The position numbers were made by a program, and so were the translations under genes. From Octopus sinensis (lineage: Eukaryota), in assembly GCF_006345805.1 (NCBI RefSeq), contig NC_043003.1, forward strand, positions 90,334,001 through 90,398,000: a DNA stretch of 64,000 bases, given 5' to 3'. The notes beneath the pieces were generated by a model. That model ran no database searches and was not told where the DNA came from. It saw nothing but the letters and a program-made list of their open reading frames with translations. Positions 27,424-41,470 of this stretch are shown one piece after another. Within the stretch, counting starts at the first letter, position 1. Every line of letters starts with the position of its first letter.

Positions 27424-28059
27424 ATATATATATATTTATATATATATATATATATAAATCACTTTTATTTTTTAATTTTATAATATTCTCTTAAATATAT
27501 ATTGTTAGCAAGTTGAAGCCTGATAAGAGGCATGATTAACATAGGTCCTGATTGGTTATATTTGATACGACTTTGTATATATGCCATGTAAATGAGATTT
27601 CCCCCCACATGTCCCTGCACATAAAATTTGTTCACGCCTTATATTCTTTCTTCACTTTTGTTAATATGTATGTTGATCTCTTTATCCATTTACTTTGGCT
27701 TACCTTATGAATAGTGTTTTTTCAGAATAATTATTCCCATCCAGCTTGTAAAATCTAATTTATGCTGCAATCCAGCTTGTAAAGCCAAATAAGTTTGATA
27801 CACTGTGCTAGAAATAGCAGCCATCTCTCCCTCAAATCAACACCCTAATGGCTTTAAAAAAGCAAGATATGGTGCAAGATGTAAATGAAAATTGCAACTG
27901 AGATATCACTAGTAATAGTTCAGTTAGGGCTGACTTGGGGCTAAACAACAGCTAATGTCTGTATAATTTGATGATGGTTTTCCTGATATCAAAGGTAACT
28001 TGACTGCAAAGTTGGATTATCAACAAATTTCAACAATTAAACAGAAAAAAAAACACAGC

Positions 28060-28165
28060 TAGTTTTCACAAAACTGAGTATACAGCCAGTTTTAACAAGG
28101 CTGGGTATGTGGCCAGTTTTAACAAGGCTGGGTATGTGGCCAGTTGTAACAAGGTTAGGTATACA
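28060..28165. repeat. 27-bp minisatellite (gccagttttaacaaggctgggtatgtg)
   Basis: Units at 28085, 28112 and 28139; a further unit lies near 28410 beyond a SINE remnant. Confidence 0.85.
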
Positions 28166-29228
28166 GTTGAGTGGGTTTGGTAGATGGAAACTGAAAGAAG
28201 CCTGTCATTCTATGTGTTACTGTCTCTTTGCTTTGACAGCACATGATAGTTGTAAACAAGTGTCACCATAATGTCTGTTTATGGGGAAACATTACTTGGA
28301 AGTGGGTGAGGGTAGGTGATGGGAAGGATGTCCAGATGTAGAAAATCTGCCTCACCAACTTCTGTCTGATCCATGGAAGTATGGAAAAGTAGATGGTAAA
28401 ACAATGATGGGTATATGACCAGTTTTAACAAGTAGCATTGTCTTTTCAGGTTTCTTGATTTGGCTGCTTTATTTGCTAATTTTATTTTTACTTTCTCAGA
28501 TATTTAGGTCTGTTCTAAATAGGGTCTCATTTGAGCTAAATATTCAACCTTATAATAATAATAATAATAATTTTTTATACATAAACATAAGATTTCATGT
28601 TCACTATGATAATATGATAAATAAAATATAGCTTAGGAGTTTTTATTTAGTTCCTGGCTCAACAAATTATCATAAAAGTTGTTAGATCTGGCACTGTTCG
28701 CTTAGCAAGCATCTTTGTGTCAGTATTTTTTGAAAGGCTGACATTTAATTCAAGGGATTGTCTAAGCTATGTTATCTTATGGCATTTTAATGAATCCTTA
28801 ATGAAATTCAGCATCATGTTTTATCTTGGTTTTTATTTTGTGTGGGCAGTGGGTGGGTGATAGTGTAGTTTTGAGAGCGAAAAAGAGGGAAAAAAAGGAA
28901 AAAGAAACAACAAAAAATAAGGTTCCATTTGATTTAGAATTCTTTATTGAAGCAGCTTTTATTTGAATATATGTAATAGTTTATCAAGATTTCAAGTCTA
29001 CTCACACACTCACACATTATACGTGTGTGTTTTTATGCCATGTATCACCTCTAGAGTAAAATACTTGATCTGTTTCTCTATAATACTTTTACCTTTCAAC
29101 ACCTGGCATAATGACACCTTCCTCAATACTACACTCCCAACACTGTCAATGGGTCTTGTCTTGCAAGTTAACCTGGTGACATGACTAGTGCTAGTACCAC
29201 AAAAGAAAGCAGCCAGTACACTCTAAAG

Positions 29229-30241
29229 CAGGGGTTCCCAACCTAGTCCATTCAGATGGTCTGTGGAAAATTTTCTGTGGTTCACCTGAAGAATTAAAAT
29301 TTTTCCATACACGCACATGTCGTGCAAACAAAATATGCCTCAACTTGCACAAATATATAATCGAGCATCTATCTTTCCTTCAAAATTCGTTTTGAAGATC
29401 TTTTGGCTTTAAATATCCCAATTTTTGTGGACTCTCTTTACATAATGCCTATGAATGATATAGTTGTTCAACCAGCATGCGTTCAGATGGAGCTGTGTGA
29501 GGCAACGGCAGATGATAATCTGTGCAAATTGTCTGAAAACAACTGGGTTGAATCATTCTCATGAATATCCAAAGCTGTTTGAACAAGTCGAGCCTTTTAT
29601 CATAAATCTTCCAGCATCCTGCTTGGCTGAAAAAGGATTTCCTCTTGCCCTCCACTCGTTCACGAAGCAGCAGAGGCATTTGAACCTCAATAACAATGCT
29701 GATTTGAAAATTTGCTTGAGCCAAAAAGAAGCAAGGATTTATCAGCTTGTTGATAAAAGGAAGCCCAAGGTTCTCACTTAAGGTTTCTTGACGTTTTTTC
29801 CAATAACTTGTCGCTGACATATTTAAGTTAATTTGTTATATTCCCTCAAACATTTACACAACCTTTTGTTACTGATCCCAACTTCACTCCTCACATTCTT
29901 TGAATTTACCCTTCACATTGTTATATTTTAACTGTATAGCTTTTTTTCTGAATAAAAGGGAGTGTTTTCCATGACTCAGTAACCTTTTCTATTCGATTCT
30001 ATCAAATAAAGCTTCCTTGAGAATCCTGTGCATTTGCAAATTGGTTTTGTTATTGGTGTTCGCAGTTATTTGTTCTCTGTGATGTCCCTTACAAGAACGA
30101 AAAAGGAACTTTCATTGCAAAGTGAAAATAATACTAATATTTATGATAGCAGTTCTTTTATAATAAATTTAAAATTTGAGGTGGTCCACAGGGAAAAATT
30201 ACTTATTTTGGTGGTCCACAAAAAATGGTTGGGAAACCCTG
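29229..30241 (+). mobile_element. Internally deleted hAT (Buster/Charlie-type) transposon
   Basis: TIRs caggggttcccaacc / ggttgggaaaccctg; perfect 8-bp TSD ctctaaag at 29221-29228 and 30242-30249 with central TA. Residual C-terminal dimerisation domain YPKLFEQV...PASCLAEKGF...DLKICLS. Confidence 0.93.
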
Positions 30242-32765
30242 CTCTAAAGTGAATTGATGTTAGGAAGAGCTTCTATCTGCAGAAACCATGCCAAACTATG
30301 CATTGGAGCCTGATGTAGTCCTCTGGCTCATCAAAAATTGGTCAAATCATCCAACCCATACCAGTATGGAAGATGGATGTTAAATGATTCTGATGATGAT
30401 CTCTCTCTCTCTCTCACACACACACTATTTTATATTTACTAATGTAACAACTTATAAAGGTGTAAATATTTTATTCTTTTTCTACACCTTTTCTTCCATT
30501 CTATCTTTCAAATATTTAATATTTACAGAAAATATATATTAGCAATGGAAGCAGTATTAGTGCCAAAAGGCAATCTTTATATCCAACATGACATGGATGT
30601 TTTATTAGAATACTGAATACTGCTGTACCTGGCTTGGCAAGTACTGCAGTATTGGTGTTCTAAAACATCTACAGTAAATTTAATATTTTGCTTTCTAGAG
30701 CTCCTGTTGGTCAGAACTGTGTTGTCCAAAGTATCTTTTTTCTTTTCTTTCTTTATTTAAAATTAGTAGGGTGCAACTTGAGAAGATTTGGCTATTCTTC
30801 TTAGTAGTTTCCCAATGGTTGAAATTTCAATTGTTGACTTGATGTAGAATAGTCATGGGTAAACTGTGGCTTGCAAGTATTTCTGAATGGCATCACCTAA
30901 TGGAAAATTACCTTTCATTAAAAAAAAAATTTTTTTTTTAGCAGTGTAGCCTGCTTGATGATGAGCCATATCTTATGTGACCTGCTTCTTGAAAAAATTT
31001 GTCCGTACCTGATATAGAACATAATTGTTAAAGGTTTTACTGAAAATATCTAATGAATTTAATAGTTCAGAATACAATATAGATGCTCTGGTGAAGTAGT
31101 ATAACCAACATAAATGACTCTGATATTAAAGAATTAGAAATGCTGATAAAGTTATTCATTCAATTGTTTTTTTCTTTGAACTTACGTTAAGTTATAGTTG
31201 CCCTTGTTTAAAAAAACATAATTTTATTTCCACATCATTGTTATAATTAACATCAGTGTTTGTTGTAATAATTTCTGAGTAGGCATGGACATGGTTGTGT
31301 GGTTAAGAAGTTAGCATCCCAACCATGTGCTTTTACGTCCAGTCACAGTGTATGGCAATAAGAGTGTATGGCATGTATCTTCTACTGTAGCCTTCCTGGA
31401 TCAGATCATAGCCATGTGAGTGGATTTAGTAGGCAGAAACTGAAAGAAACTCATTTTATATTGTCATTATCCACTCTCTTATGCTTGCATAGGTCAGATG
31501 AAGTTTGAGGCAGTTTTTCTAAGGTGGACACCTGTCCTGTTGCCAACACTTCACCTGTTTTCAAGCAAGGTAATATTTCCCCATAGCCAGACATGATTTT
31601 GTAGAACATTGGAAATGAATGACACTGCTTGTATGACAATGACACAACTATCAATTGATGCCAAGACAAAGATATATATATATATATACAAATCATATAC
31701 ACACACACACACACAAACAAATATATATATATATATATAGATACACACATCTTCATCTTCATTTAATATCCACTTTTCAATGCTTGCATGGGTTGGGCAG
31801 AGTTTATTTGAGGCAAATTTTCTATAGCCAGAAGCCCTTCCTGTTGGCCAACCCTCATTATTTCCAATCAAAGTAATGTATTCATATGGCTACACATGTT
31901 CTCACAGAATATTGCAAATGAATGATACTGCTTGTATGGCAGTGACCCTTATTTACAACTATCACGTAGTGTTAACACAAGACGACAGAAGCAGACTCAC
32001 ACCATACATATATATAATGGTCTTCTTTCAGTTTTCATCTACCTGAGCTACAATAGTGGGCTCTTGCTGAAGCTGCTATGTAATGGGAATGTGGACTTGA
32101 AGACATGTAGTTGGGAAGCAAACTTCTTAACCACATAGCCTTGTCTATATGTGTGTGTGTGTATTTGTTTTGATATGACATAGTTGTAAGTGGTGTACCT
32201 TGTTTCCAGTCTTCAGTGCAAACATGTCTTGGCCATGGGGAGATATTACCTTGGTTGGATACAGCTGAGCGATAGTGACAGGAAAGGCATCCAACCATCA
32301 AAAGCCTTCCTCAGTGACTTCTGTCTGATCCATGTGAGTATGGAAAAGTAGATGTTAAAATGATGACAGTGATGATTCTCAACTGATGTAATTGAAGGAA
32401 GATCCAGATTTGTTTCTTCTGTAAAGACAAGTGTACTCGATTGGTACAGCTTAACCCTTTTATCAATAAATAATGTATCTAGAGTAGCAGTTGGCATTGG
32501 AATCTGAATAATTTATGGATCTTTGATATTTCTAGTTTGTTTCCTTCACTGTTATTGCTTTAACAGTTCATTATTCTCCTGCTGTCATGGGTGGGAAGTA
32601 ATTAAATGCTTCTGATCAATAAATTGACTGCTTTACCTGAATCAGATCTGTAGAAAATCGTGTCTTTGTGTGTATGTATGTGTTTGTATGTGTGTGTGTA
32701 TATGTATGTACGTGTGTGTGTGTTTACATGTGTATATGTATGTACATGTATGTGTGTATGTTTAC

Positions 32766-33065
32766 ACGGCGCTGGCAATGGCCACGTTCGGAGGGCCCTC
32801 TTACGTGCCACCGGCACTGGTATCACAGCTACAATTTCCATTCATGTTGATCGATTTTGATTTTTGATTTTGATTTTCACTTGCCTGAACAGGTCTTCAC
32901 AAGTAGAGTTTTGTGTCCCAAGAAGGAAAGGTATGCATAAGAGGACTGAGGTCATGGGTTATGGTCTCACTTGTCCTGCCGTGTCTTCTCATGCACAGCA
33001 TACTTCCAAAGGTCTCGGTCTCTAGTCATTTCCTCGGTGAGACATAAAGTTCGAAGGTCGTGCCA
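32766..33065 (-). mobile_element. RTE LINE fragment: ORF C-terminus and start of 3' UTR
   Basis: Minus strand HDLRTLCLTEEMTRDRDLWKYAVHEKTRQDK*; homologous to 36541-36760. Confidence 0.8.
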
Positions 33066-33108
33066 CACACACACACACATACATACAATGGGCTTCTTTC
33101 AGTTTCTG

Positions 33109-33146
<38 letters not shown>

Positions 33147-34472
33147 CATACATATATATACATATATGTATATATATATATGTATATACATGTATACAAC
33201 AGGCTTCTTTCAGTTTTCATCTACCAAATCCTCTCACAAGGCTTTGGTCAGCCCTGAGCTACAATAAAAGATTCTTGATGAAGGTTCTATGTAATAGGAC
33301 TGTGAACTTGAAGCCATATGGTTGGGAGGCAAATTTCTTCACCACACAACCACATAGCCTTGTCTATATATGTGTGTTTGTGTCTCTTGATATGGCAAGA
33401 TAGTTGTAAACAAGTGTCACTATCATACAAGTGGTGTCCCTTGTTTCCGATTGTCAGTGCAAAACATGTCCCGACCATGTGGAGATTTTACCTTGCTTGC
33501 TTACAACTGAGCATTGTAATGAATGTCACTGTCATGCAAGTGGTTTCTTTTATTTCCAATCATCCATTTCTGGTTGTGGAGAATATTGCTTTACTTGGAA
33601 TCAAGTGAAGGTTTGCGGCATGAAATGCATCCTGCCTCACCAAAATTCTATCTGACCATGCAAGCATGGAAAAGTCGATGTTAAAACAATGGTGATGAGA
33701 TGGCTATTAGTGGGTCAGTATGAAAAGGGTTACATGAAATTAATTAATTCTTAGGGTTTGTGTTGCTAAAGGTGTGTGATTACAAGTAATTTTTATTGAA
33801 TTTTTAGACAGCAAAAGACTACACATTTGTAGGAGAGGAGTGCAGTTGAATGAATTGAGAAATTTACGTGCCTGGTACTTATTTTATCAACCCTGAATTG
33901 TGAAGTTGTCTTTAAAAGGGTTTGAGCTTGGATCATTGTAGAATGAAGCTAAAAACTGTAATTCCTTACCATTTCTGCTACTCTAAGCCTTGAAGGCAAA
34001 TTATTGATATTATTTAAATTTAACACTTTTGTTACATTATTTCTGTTCAGATATGCTGCCTTTGTTTCAATACATTTTGAAAATAATGGAAGGTGTGATT
34101 TGAAAGAGGTTGGCTGCTATTTTCAGCAGATGAAGCAACTACTTAAAGGCATCATCATCAACTATGTTTTTCTTTTCTTTCCAAAGTTAGATATCTATTG
34201 GTGTTTGACATAGGAATCAATATAAATTGGTACATAGGTTTACAACCTCAGATTTGCAATTGAGGAGAAATGAAAATTTGTGATGTGAATGTTTTTTCCG
34301 AAGGACATTAATGATATAAATGTAATGAAACTAGTTTTGCAATCTGTCCTTGCTGTGAGTTAACTTTTATTCCAAAGTGCCTTTCTTAATCACTTATTGG
34401 ATTAAAATAAATATTGTATTGGGGTTGTGAGGATGAAGATTATATGCACAAGAAGTTGAGTTAGATGCTTAA

Positions 34473-34654
34473 CTCTTTTGATACCAAACTGTCAGGCTGT
34501 CCTTTATTCTATGGTACAAACTTCCTTGTTTGTTCTAAATTAAAACTTTCCATTAAGATTTCCTGTTAGTTCCAAATGCCAGCTTAATAATGACAAAGTT
34601 ATTTTATTAAATTTTTTTATTTTCAAAATTAACTGGAAATATGGTTATAAAAGG
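34473..34654. mobile_element. piggyBac-type MITE
   Basis: TTAA-ctcttttgatacc ... ggttataaaagg-TTAA. Confidence 0.65.
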
Positions 34655-35263
34655 TTAAAGAATTTAGTTTCTTTGCGTATTGTTTCAAGATCAAAATTTT
34701 TTTTGTGAGAAATTTCAGTAGGAACTGACCTAGCTTCATACATGCTTCCATTTCTTTCCAGTAAGAAGGAAGAGCATGATGTGTAGGCACATCTAGCTGA
34801 CATATTTACAAATGGTCATTAATAATGGCAATAATAATGAGAATTTTCTAAATTTCATAGTATTTTATCAGTGAACCAGGGGTAGTCTCAGGTGGAGGTC
34901 AATGTTGAAAGAGTTAATGAAAATTGTCAAGCAATTAGGGTGGAATAATGCCTTAAAAATTGGCTACCTCTTAAAGGGATTTAGAAATAAGGGATATGAT
35001 AACATTATTCTTATAGTGTTTTGGTGAAGACACCATAATTTGGTTTGTCTTAGTATGGATGCCTAAAAAAAGTTCCATGATTAAATGGTTTGTAATGGGA
35101 AGTGCTTCTAGTTATTAAAGCAAAGAAATGTTACAACACAAATCTTCTCATAACAAACTAGTATGGAAAATGGATGAAATATTGAAAAAATTAAAAAAGA
35201 TCTTAGCTTTCTTGTGTCAGTCTTTAATGAATCTGATTTTAGACTTCTGATATTTGAACTTAA

Positions 35264-35632
35264 CCCTTTCAATATCATATTTCTATCAAAAACATTTTTT
35301 TTCAATTAATTTTGAAAGTAATGCAGAATTTACTAAAATGATTTTGTCATTATTAAGCTGGTATTTGTAACAATGATCAATATGAAAATTTGATGAAAAA
35401 TTTTAATTTAGATCACTTTATCTCTTTTGTTACCTTATTTCTGATAAAGTACACTGCTTTTGTTTCATTTCAGAAATTATTAAGAATTTAGTGGAATAAG
35501 TTTGTCATTGATACTTGAAGCATAAATTAATATAAAATTTTGAAGGAAGGTTTTAATTTAGATCACTTTAAAAACAGTAAGTTGATATCATTCAAATCAG
35601 AAGCAGTCTTGGACGGGTTGGTATCAAAAGGA
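35264..35632. mobile_element. piggyBac-type MITE with duplicated interior
   Basis: TTAA-ccctttc start and ggtatcaaaagga-TTAA end; ttttaatttagatcacttta occurs twice. Confidence 0.65.
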
Positions 35633-35780
35633 TTAAAACAATAATTCTCAAGGTAGAGATTATTTTCATTTTAGCAGAATTTGTCAAAACATAAAAATCT
35701 TTTAATCTAATCTAGAAGTGGAAAAGGAATAATGAATAAAAAGAAAACTTTTTGCGTGTAGTATAGTTTTATATTTCAGT

Positions 35781-35820
<40 letters not shown>

Positions 35821-36540
35821 TTACACACACATACATGTACATACACATATATTGTTTCTAGCCATATTTTTCCAAGATAGAATTAAAATTTTTTATCTCA
35901 CAGGTTAAAATTAGTTAATACATTTTTGTCCAGTCAAAGGTCTGGGTGTCTATTGGTGGTAATTTAATATATCTGTGTGGGGGTGGGGAATCCACAGCTA
36001 TTTATTGTATACATATCTATGGTATTAAGTTTTCTTTTCAAAGATATATTTATAAAGAAACAACAACCAAAACATTTTTGAGGAATTGTACTTAATTCTT
36101 TGTGTGTGATGGTAATAAGAAACACTTGGAATTGATAAGAGTTAAGTGTATGTGCAGGTGTGTGTGAAAGTGAAATTTGTGGAAAATAATTTTGAAATGA
36201 CATCAAACAATCACAACCAAGCCTGTTAATTTAGTTAAATTAAAAAAAATCTTATTTCAAAACTTAGTTTATATTCTGTTTTTGTTATGTAAGTAATAAG
36301 TAATGCAGTTCTTTTCTTGGTTTGTGTTTGTTTTTATTTCTTTAAATTTCTTTTTTCTTTTAGTGTGTGTGGATTCATAATTCCATTTTAAACTCATGAG
36401 ATTTAAGTTATATTGAAAGCACAACTTCCACAATCTTTTGATAAGTTAATTATTACTAATAAAATCTTTCACTGAATTACTGGGAAACAAAATCTCTCTT
36501 TGATCTAAGTGTCAGCTTACATTTTTTAAATTTATATATT

Positions 36541-37023
36541 TTGAAGACCCGGCAGGACAAGTGAGACTATAACCGATGGCCTCAGTCCACTTATGCATAC
36601 CTTTCCTTCTTGGGACACAAAACTCTACTTGTGAAAACCTGTTGAGGCAAGTGAAATCAAAAGCTAAATCGATCAACATCAATGGAAATTGCAGCTGTGA
36701 TACCAGTGCCGGTGGCACATAAGAGAACCATCTAAACGTGGCCGTTGCCAGCAACGCCCCAACTGGCTTCCGTGCCGGTGGCACGTAAAAAGCACCATTC
36801 GACCGTGGCCGTTTGCCAGCCTCGTCTGGCACCTGTGCCGGTGGCATGTAAAAAGCACCCACTACACTCATGGAGTGGTTGGCGTTAGGAAGGGCATCCA
36901 GCCATAGAAACATTGCCAGATCAGACTGGGCCTGGTGCAGCCTTCTGGCTTCCCAGACCCCAGTTGCACCGTCCAACCCATGCTAGCATGGAAAGCGGAC
37001 GCTAAACAATGATGATGATGATG
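36541..37023 (+). mobile_element. RTE LINE 3' end, 5'-truncated
   Basis: Same 3' UTR repeats and (GAT)n tail as 27000-27423. Confidence 0.9.
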
Positions 37024-37940
37024 TTTATTTGAAAAAATAATTCTTTTTGATGTCCTGCTTTATAAATCAGTGAAGAAGTGACATCTTGTGAAATCTTCAG
37101 TTATGAAATGTATAAATAAGGTGAGGAGCTCCCATAGTTTGAAACACATTAAAATGATAAAAACACCTTGCAAAGAAATATTTCCACATGGCCAGATATG
37201 TTTTTGCAGAATATTGGAAATATGTTTTTGCAGAATATTGGAAATGAATGACACTGTCATATAGACAGCAACACCCATTTACAGCTATCACATCATGTCA
37301 AGACAAGGAGACGCACGCACGATGGGTTTCTTTCAATTTCTATCTACCAAATCCACACAAAGCTTTGTTCGGTCTGGGGTTAAAGTAGAAGACACTTGCT
37401 CAAGATTCCACACTAGGACTGAGTGTGGAACCATGTGGTTGGAAGCAAACTACTTAATCACACAGCTTTGTCTGCATCACTATATGAAAGAAATCAATTT
37501 ATGTTAAGTAAATTTGCATGATTTATTCTATGTATCAACATCATCATCATTGTTTATCATTGTGTTATTGTCCAGATTTCTATTCTTGCACAAGTGAGAT
37601 GGAATTCACTGAGGCAGATTTTCTTTTGTTGAATGCTCTTCCTGTCATCAGACCATACCTGTTTGCAAGCAAGGTAATATTTCCCTCATGGTCAAACATG
37701 TTTTCACAGAAGATCAAAAGCAATTGGCATTAATTGTACAACTGGCTCTCGCTTCCTACTACCACATGTTAGGAAGGACATCCAACTGTAGAAACCATTA
37801 GAAACTATGTCAAAGCAGACATTGGAGCATGATGCAACCTCTGAATCATTGGATTTGTCCAACTATCCAATTCATGCCAGTAGGGAAGATGGATGTTAGA
37901 TGATGATGAGTGCATGCACGTGCAAAAACATACATGCACC

Positions 37941-38980
37941 TCTACTATATAAATGAAAGTGCATGTGATTATGTATGTGCACTTAGCTCTGAAGGGCTCT
38001 GAAATAGTGCATCCTTGAGTAAAGTGGATTTGATTTTTGAAATCTGCTTCTCAAAGGGAAGCTTGTCCATAAATAATAACCAAAAAATATAATTTGTTAT
38101 AAGAAATGACTTTTAGATTGACAAATCTCTTACTTTGTCACCATCTGGCCCTCTCTATTTATTTACCACACTCTTTATCACTCTCTGTATATGTATTATC
38201 TCTCACACTTGCTGCTGCCCCCTCTCTCTTCATATGACATGCAATTGCTATCATTTTGTTTAAAACTTTATTTTATTTTATAATGTGTGCTTTCATTAAA
38301 TGATACATAGCTATCACACATAAATCCCATTTTCTGGTTGGGTAAAAATGATCAAACTTTAAACATCTGTAATATTTTTCTAAAATTTTCTGGAATAAAC
38401 GAATCACAAAATTGGATGCAGTGTGAAAATGTACATCAATATACCAAAATTGAAAATTTCACTTAATTTTAAGATTTGAAAACTTTTATTTAATTTTAAA
38501 ATTTGAAAACCTATGACAACAATAGAAAAGATCCTTCTGTCTCTCTATCTATCTCGTCTTACACACTTTTCTCATTGTGAATTTTCCCCTTGTCTTTATA
38601 TATTTATTTACCACACTCTCTCTTACTCTCTGTGTATGTACATTGCTTACACTGAGTGTGTTAATGTATGCTCATGTGTAAGGAATTTCGTTAGAGCAAC
38701 AGAGTCAAAAGACCCTCATGAAACATTAGCAGTGAGATAGACAGAAGAGTGTGGTAAGTATATATAGAGAGGGGGGAAAGGTGTGAAAAACAGAGAGAGA
38801 TTTGGTGATCTAAAAGCTGAGTTTTTCTTGTAGCAAATTATATTTTTTGATTAATTATAACTGAAAATCTTCTCACTGGAATGCAGATTTCAAAAATCAA
38901 ATTGGTTTTTCTTGAGGATGCAACATTTCAGAACCTTTCCATGATGTACATACAGACACTCAACATTTTTAGGTAGTAAA
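37941..38980. mobile_element. ~1-kb foldback element with long (~230-250 bp) degenerate inverted termini
   Basis: 37960-38190 aligns with the reverse complement of 38730-38960 (e.g. gatttgatttttgaaatctgc, aaaaaatataatttg). Confidence 0.7.
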
Positions 38981-38990
38981 TATATATATA

Positions 38991-39412
38991 GGTGCAAGCA
39001 TGGCTTTGTTTTGAAGCTTGTTTCCCATCAAACATATAGTCTTTGATTTGGTCCTTCTGTATGGTATCTTTGGCAAGTCTCTTCTACGTTAGCCCCAGGC
39101 TATAGCAGAAGACCAAAGCCTTGTGAGTGGTAAGCAAAAACTGAAAGAAACCCTTTCTATATGTACATTCATATATGTGTGTGTACTTGATATTACATGA
39201 TGGTTGTAAATGAGCATCACCATCATACAAGCCATGTTGTTTATTTCCTATCTTCTATGAAAATTGTCTGGCTAATGAAAAAGATGTTACCTTTCTTGGA
39301 AACAGGTGAGGATTGGTGACAGGAAGACCATCCAGCCATAAAAAATCTACCTCAATAAAATTCTGTCTGATCCATACAAGCATGGAAATGTGGACATTAA
39401 ATATTGATGATT
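38991..39412 (+). mobile_element. SINE family A with RTE-type tail, degraded full length
   Basis: Family A head; tail ...catccagccataaaaaatc...gatccatacaagcatggaaatgtggacattaaatattgatga. Confidence 0.75.
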
Positions 39413-39424
39413 GTGCGTGTGCAC

Positions 39425-39464
<40 letters not shown>

Positions 39465-39855
39465 AGAAGATTGCTGAATGTTTTCTGATTAAGTGTTTCT
39501 ATTTCTCTTAAACCTGAGAATGTAAGTTGAATCTCCGTTTACAGCTTATCTTGCTGAGTCACTGATCTAGTCCTTATGCATATACCCTTAGGTCACCACA
39601 ACTACATGTTGTAGATAGGAGTTCTTCTTATCTTGTAAGGTGAGATTTGGTGTGTAAAAATAAAGGAGATAACTCACTAAATAAAGCAAATAAAAATGAA
39701 TATTCTAAGGACTAACCAGAGGAATGTTGAGGACATTACGTTCAAATTTTGTCATAGTAGCACATAGGCATTTAGTTAGAAAATAGAGGCAGCTTGTAAT
39801 ACTGCCATTACACACTACTTCTTTGTCTTGTTATAGAGATATTACCTTAGGTATC

Positions 39856-40173
39856 GTAAATGTATGTGGCTTAGTGGTGATGGTATTTGGCTCATGATTG
39901 CAAGGTCGTGAGTTCAATTCCCTGCCATGCATTGTATCCTTGAGCATAACACTTTATTTCATGTTGCTCTAATCCACTCAGCTGGCAAAAATGTGTGGTA
40001 CCTATATTTCAAAGGGCCAGCCTTGTCACACTCTGTGTCATGCTGAATCTTCCTGAGGACTACATTAAAGGTACATGTGTCTGGAGTGCATGTTAATTTC
40101 ATGAGCAGGTTGTTTTGTTGATCTGATCAACTGGAACTCTTGCCATCATAATCATTGGAGTGCTAGTTAGACA
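39856..40173 (+). mobile_element. SINE family C
   Basis: A/B boxes; 9-bp TSD ttaggtatc at 39847-39855 and 40174-40182. Confidence 0.85.
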
Positions 40174-41470
40174 TTAGGTATCACTGTAGAGCTCTGTAGA
40201 AAGGATGATGAGTATAGTTTGACAATGCGAAAACCCACCTTTTTGCTTAATCATTTTCATGTTGAAATAAATTTTTTCCATGGCCAAGTGTATATCATTT
40301 GAAAGTTCTGGATGCGAACTTTCTTCTCATACGTTTGATTGCAATCCAACACCTACATATCATGCCAGATCCCCCCCAATCACCCCCATATTTCCACCCA
40401 TTCTCAATGCTTAAAATTGGACAAGCCTTGTGAATATGAGGGTGAAGTTGACTTGGCATGATATGTAAGTGTCAGATTGTGATCAAAAGTATATAAGAAG
40501 AAAGTTCACATCATACACTTTTTTGTCTGAAAATATTTTCTAAAATGGCTTGTACCTTTGGATTTATTTTGGTCTGAAAATACATGAAAAGTTTAAGCTT
40601 GCATTGTGAGATTGACAGTGTATTACATGCAACAAAATAGGCTTTACATAAATACTTTAAAAAATTGCCCCCACCCCCCACCCCGCTCAGAAACCAGAAA
40701 AAAAAAAATAGCAACTGCTATCTTATGGACACTATTAATTTGTGTAATTTGAAGATGATTTGTGTAATTCAAAGATATCACAAATATGGCTAATTATTCA
40801 TTTAGGTCTAATTAGGCAAGATTTTAACCAATTCCTTGATCTAAAAAATATTCATCCAAATTTCACAAATGAGTTTTCAGAATGTTCTTTTGGGGATGCT
40901 CTCCAAGGAAAAGTACAGAAGAAGTTAGATTTAAATATTTAAAAAAAAATTCATAGTGATACCTAATTACATGTTACCCCTATTACTAGGTAGCTAGTAT
41001 AACAAGTCAAACTAATATTACTAATTTTAACCAGTAATACTAGTAAAATTTGTTTTACTAATTGCTATGCCTTAAATGTTAGATTTTTAGTTGGGAGGGC
41101 ATCACCTAATTCCTTCTTGATTAAGCCTTCCAAAGAGAGGGATAATGAGGTAGAAGTAACTGAATAACATTTGTGTATTTTTGATGTTTAATTAAGATTT
41201 TTGGAAGAAACATATCCAGCCAGAGAGTATTCTGAGAAGGGTTGTTTGAATAGTTGAAACAGTCAGATAAATTTTATGCGATGAGGAAGAAGCCTGATAT
41301 TTCAGGCATTTGATGGAGAATGATGAAAAGTCAGTGGGTGCTGAAGGATAAATAAATTTGTATTAGGAAAAAGGAGAGAGAGAAAGAGATAAGGGGGAAA
41401 GAGAGGTAACATATTTATTGGAGGAGGGGTAATGGTCAAGCACAAGGAGAAAATATAAAGGAGCTTTTAA

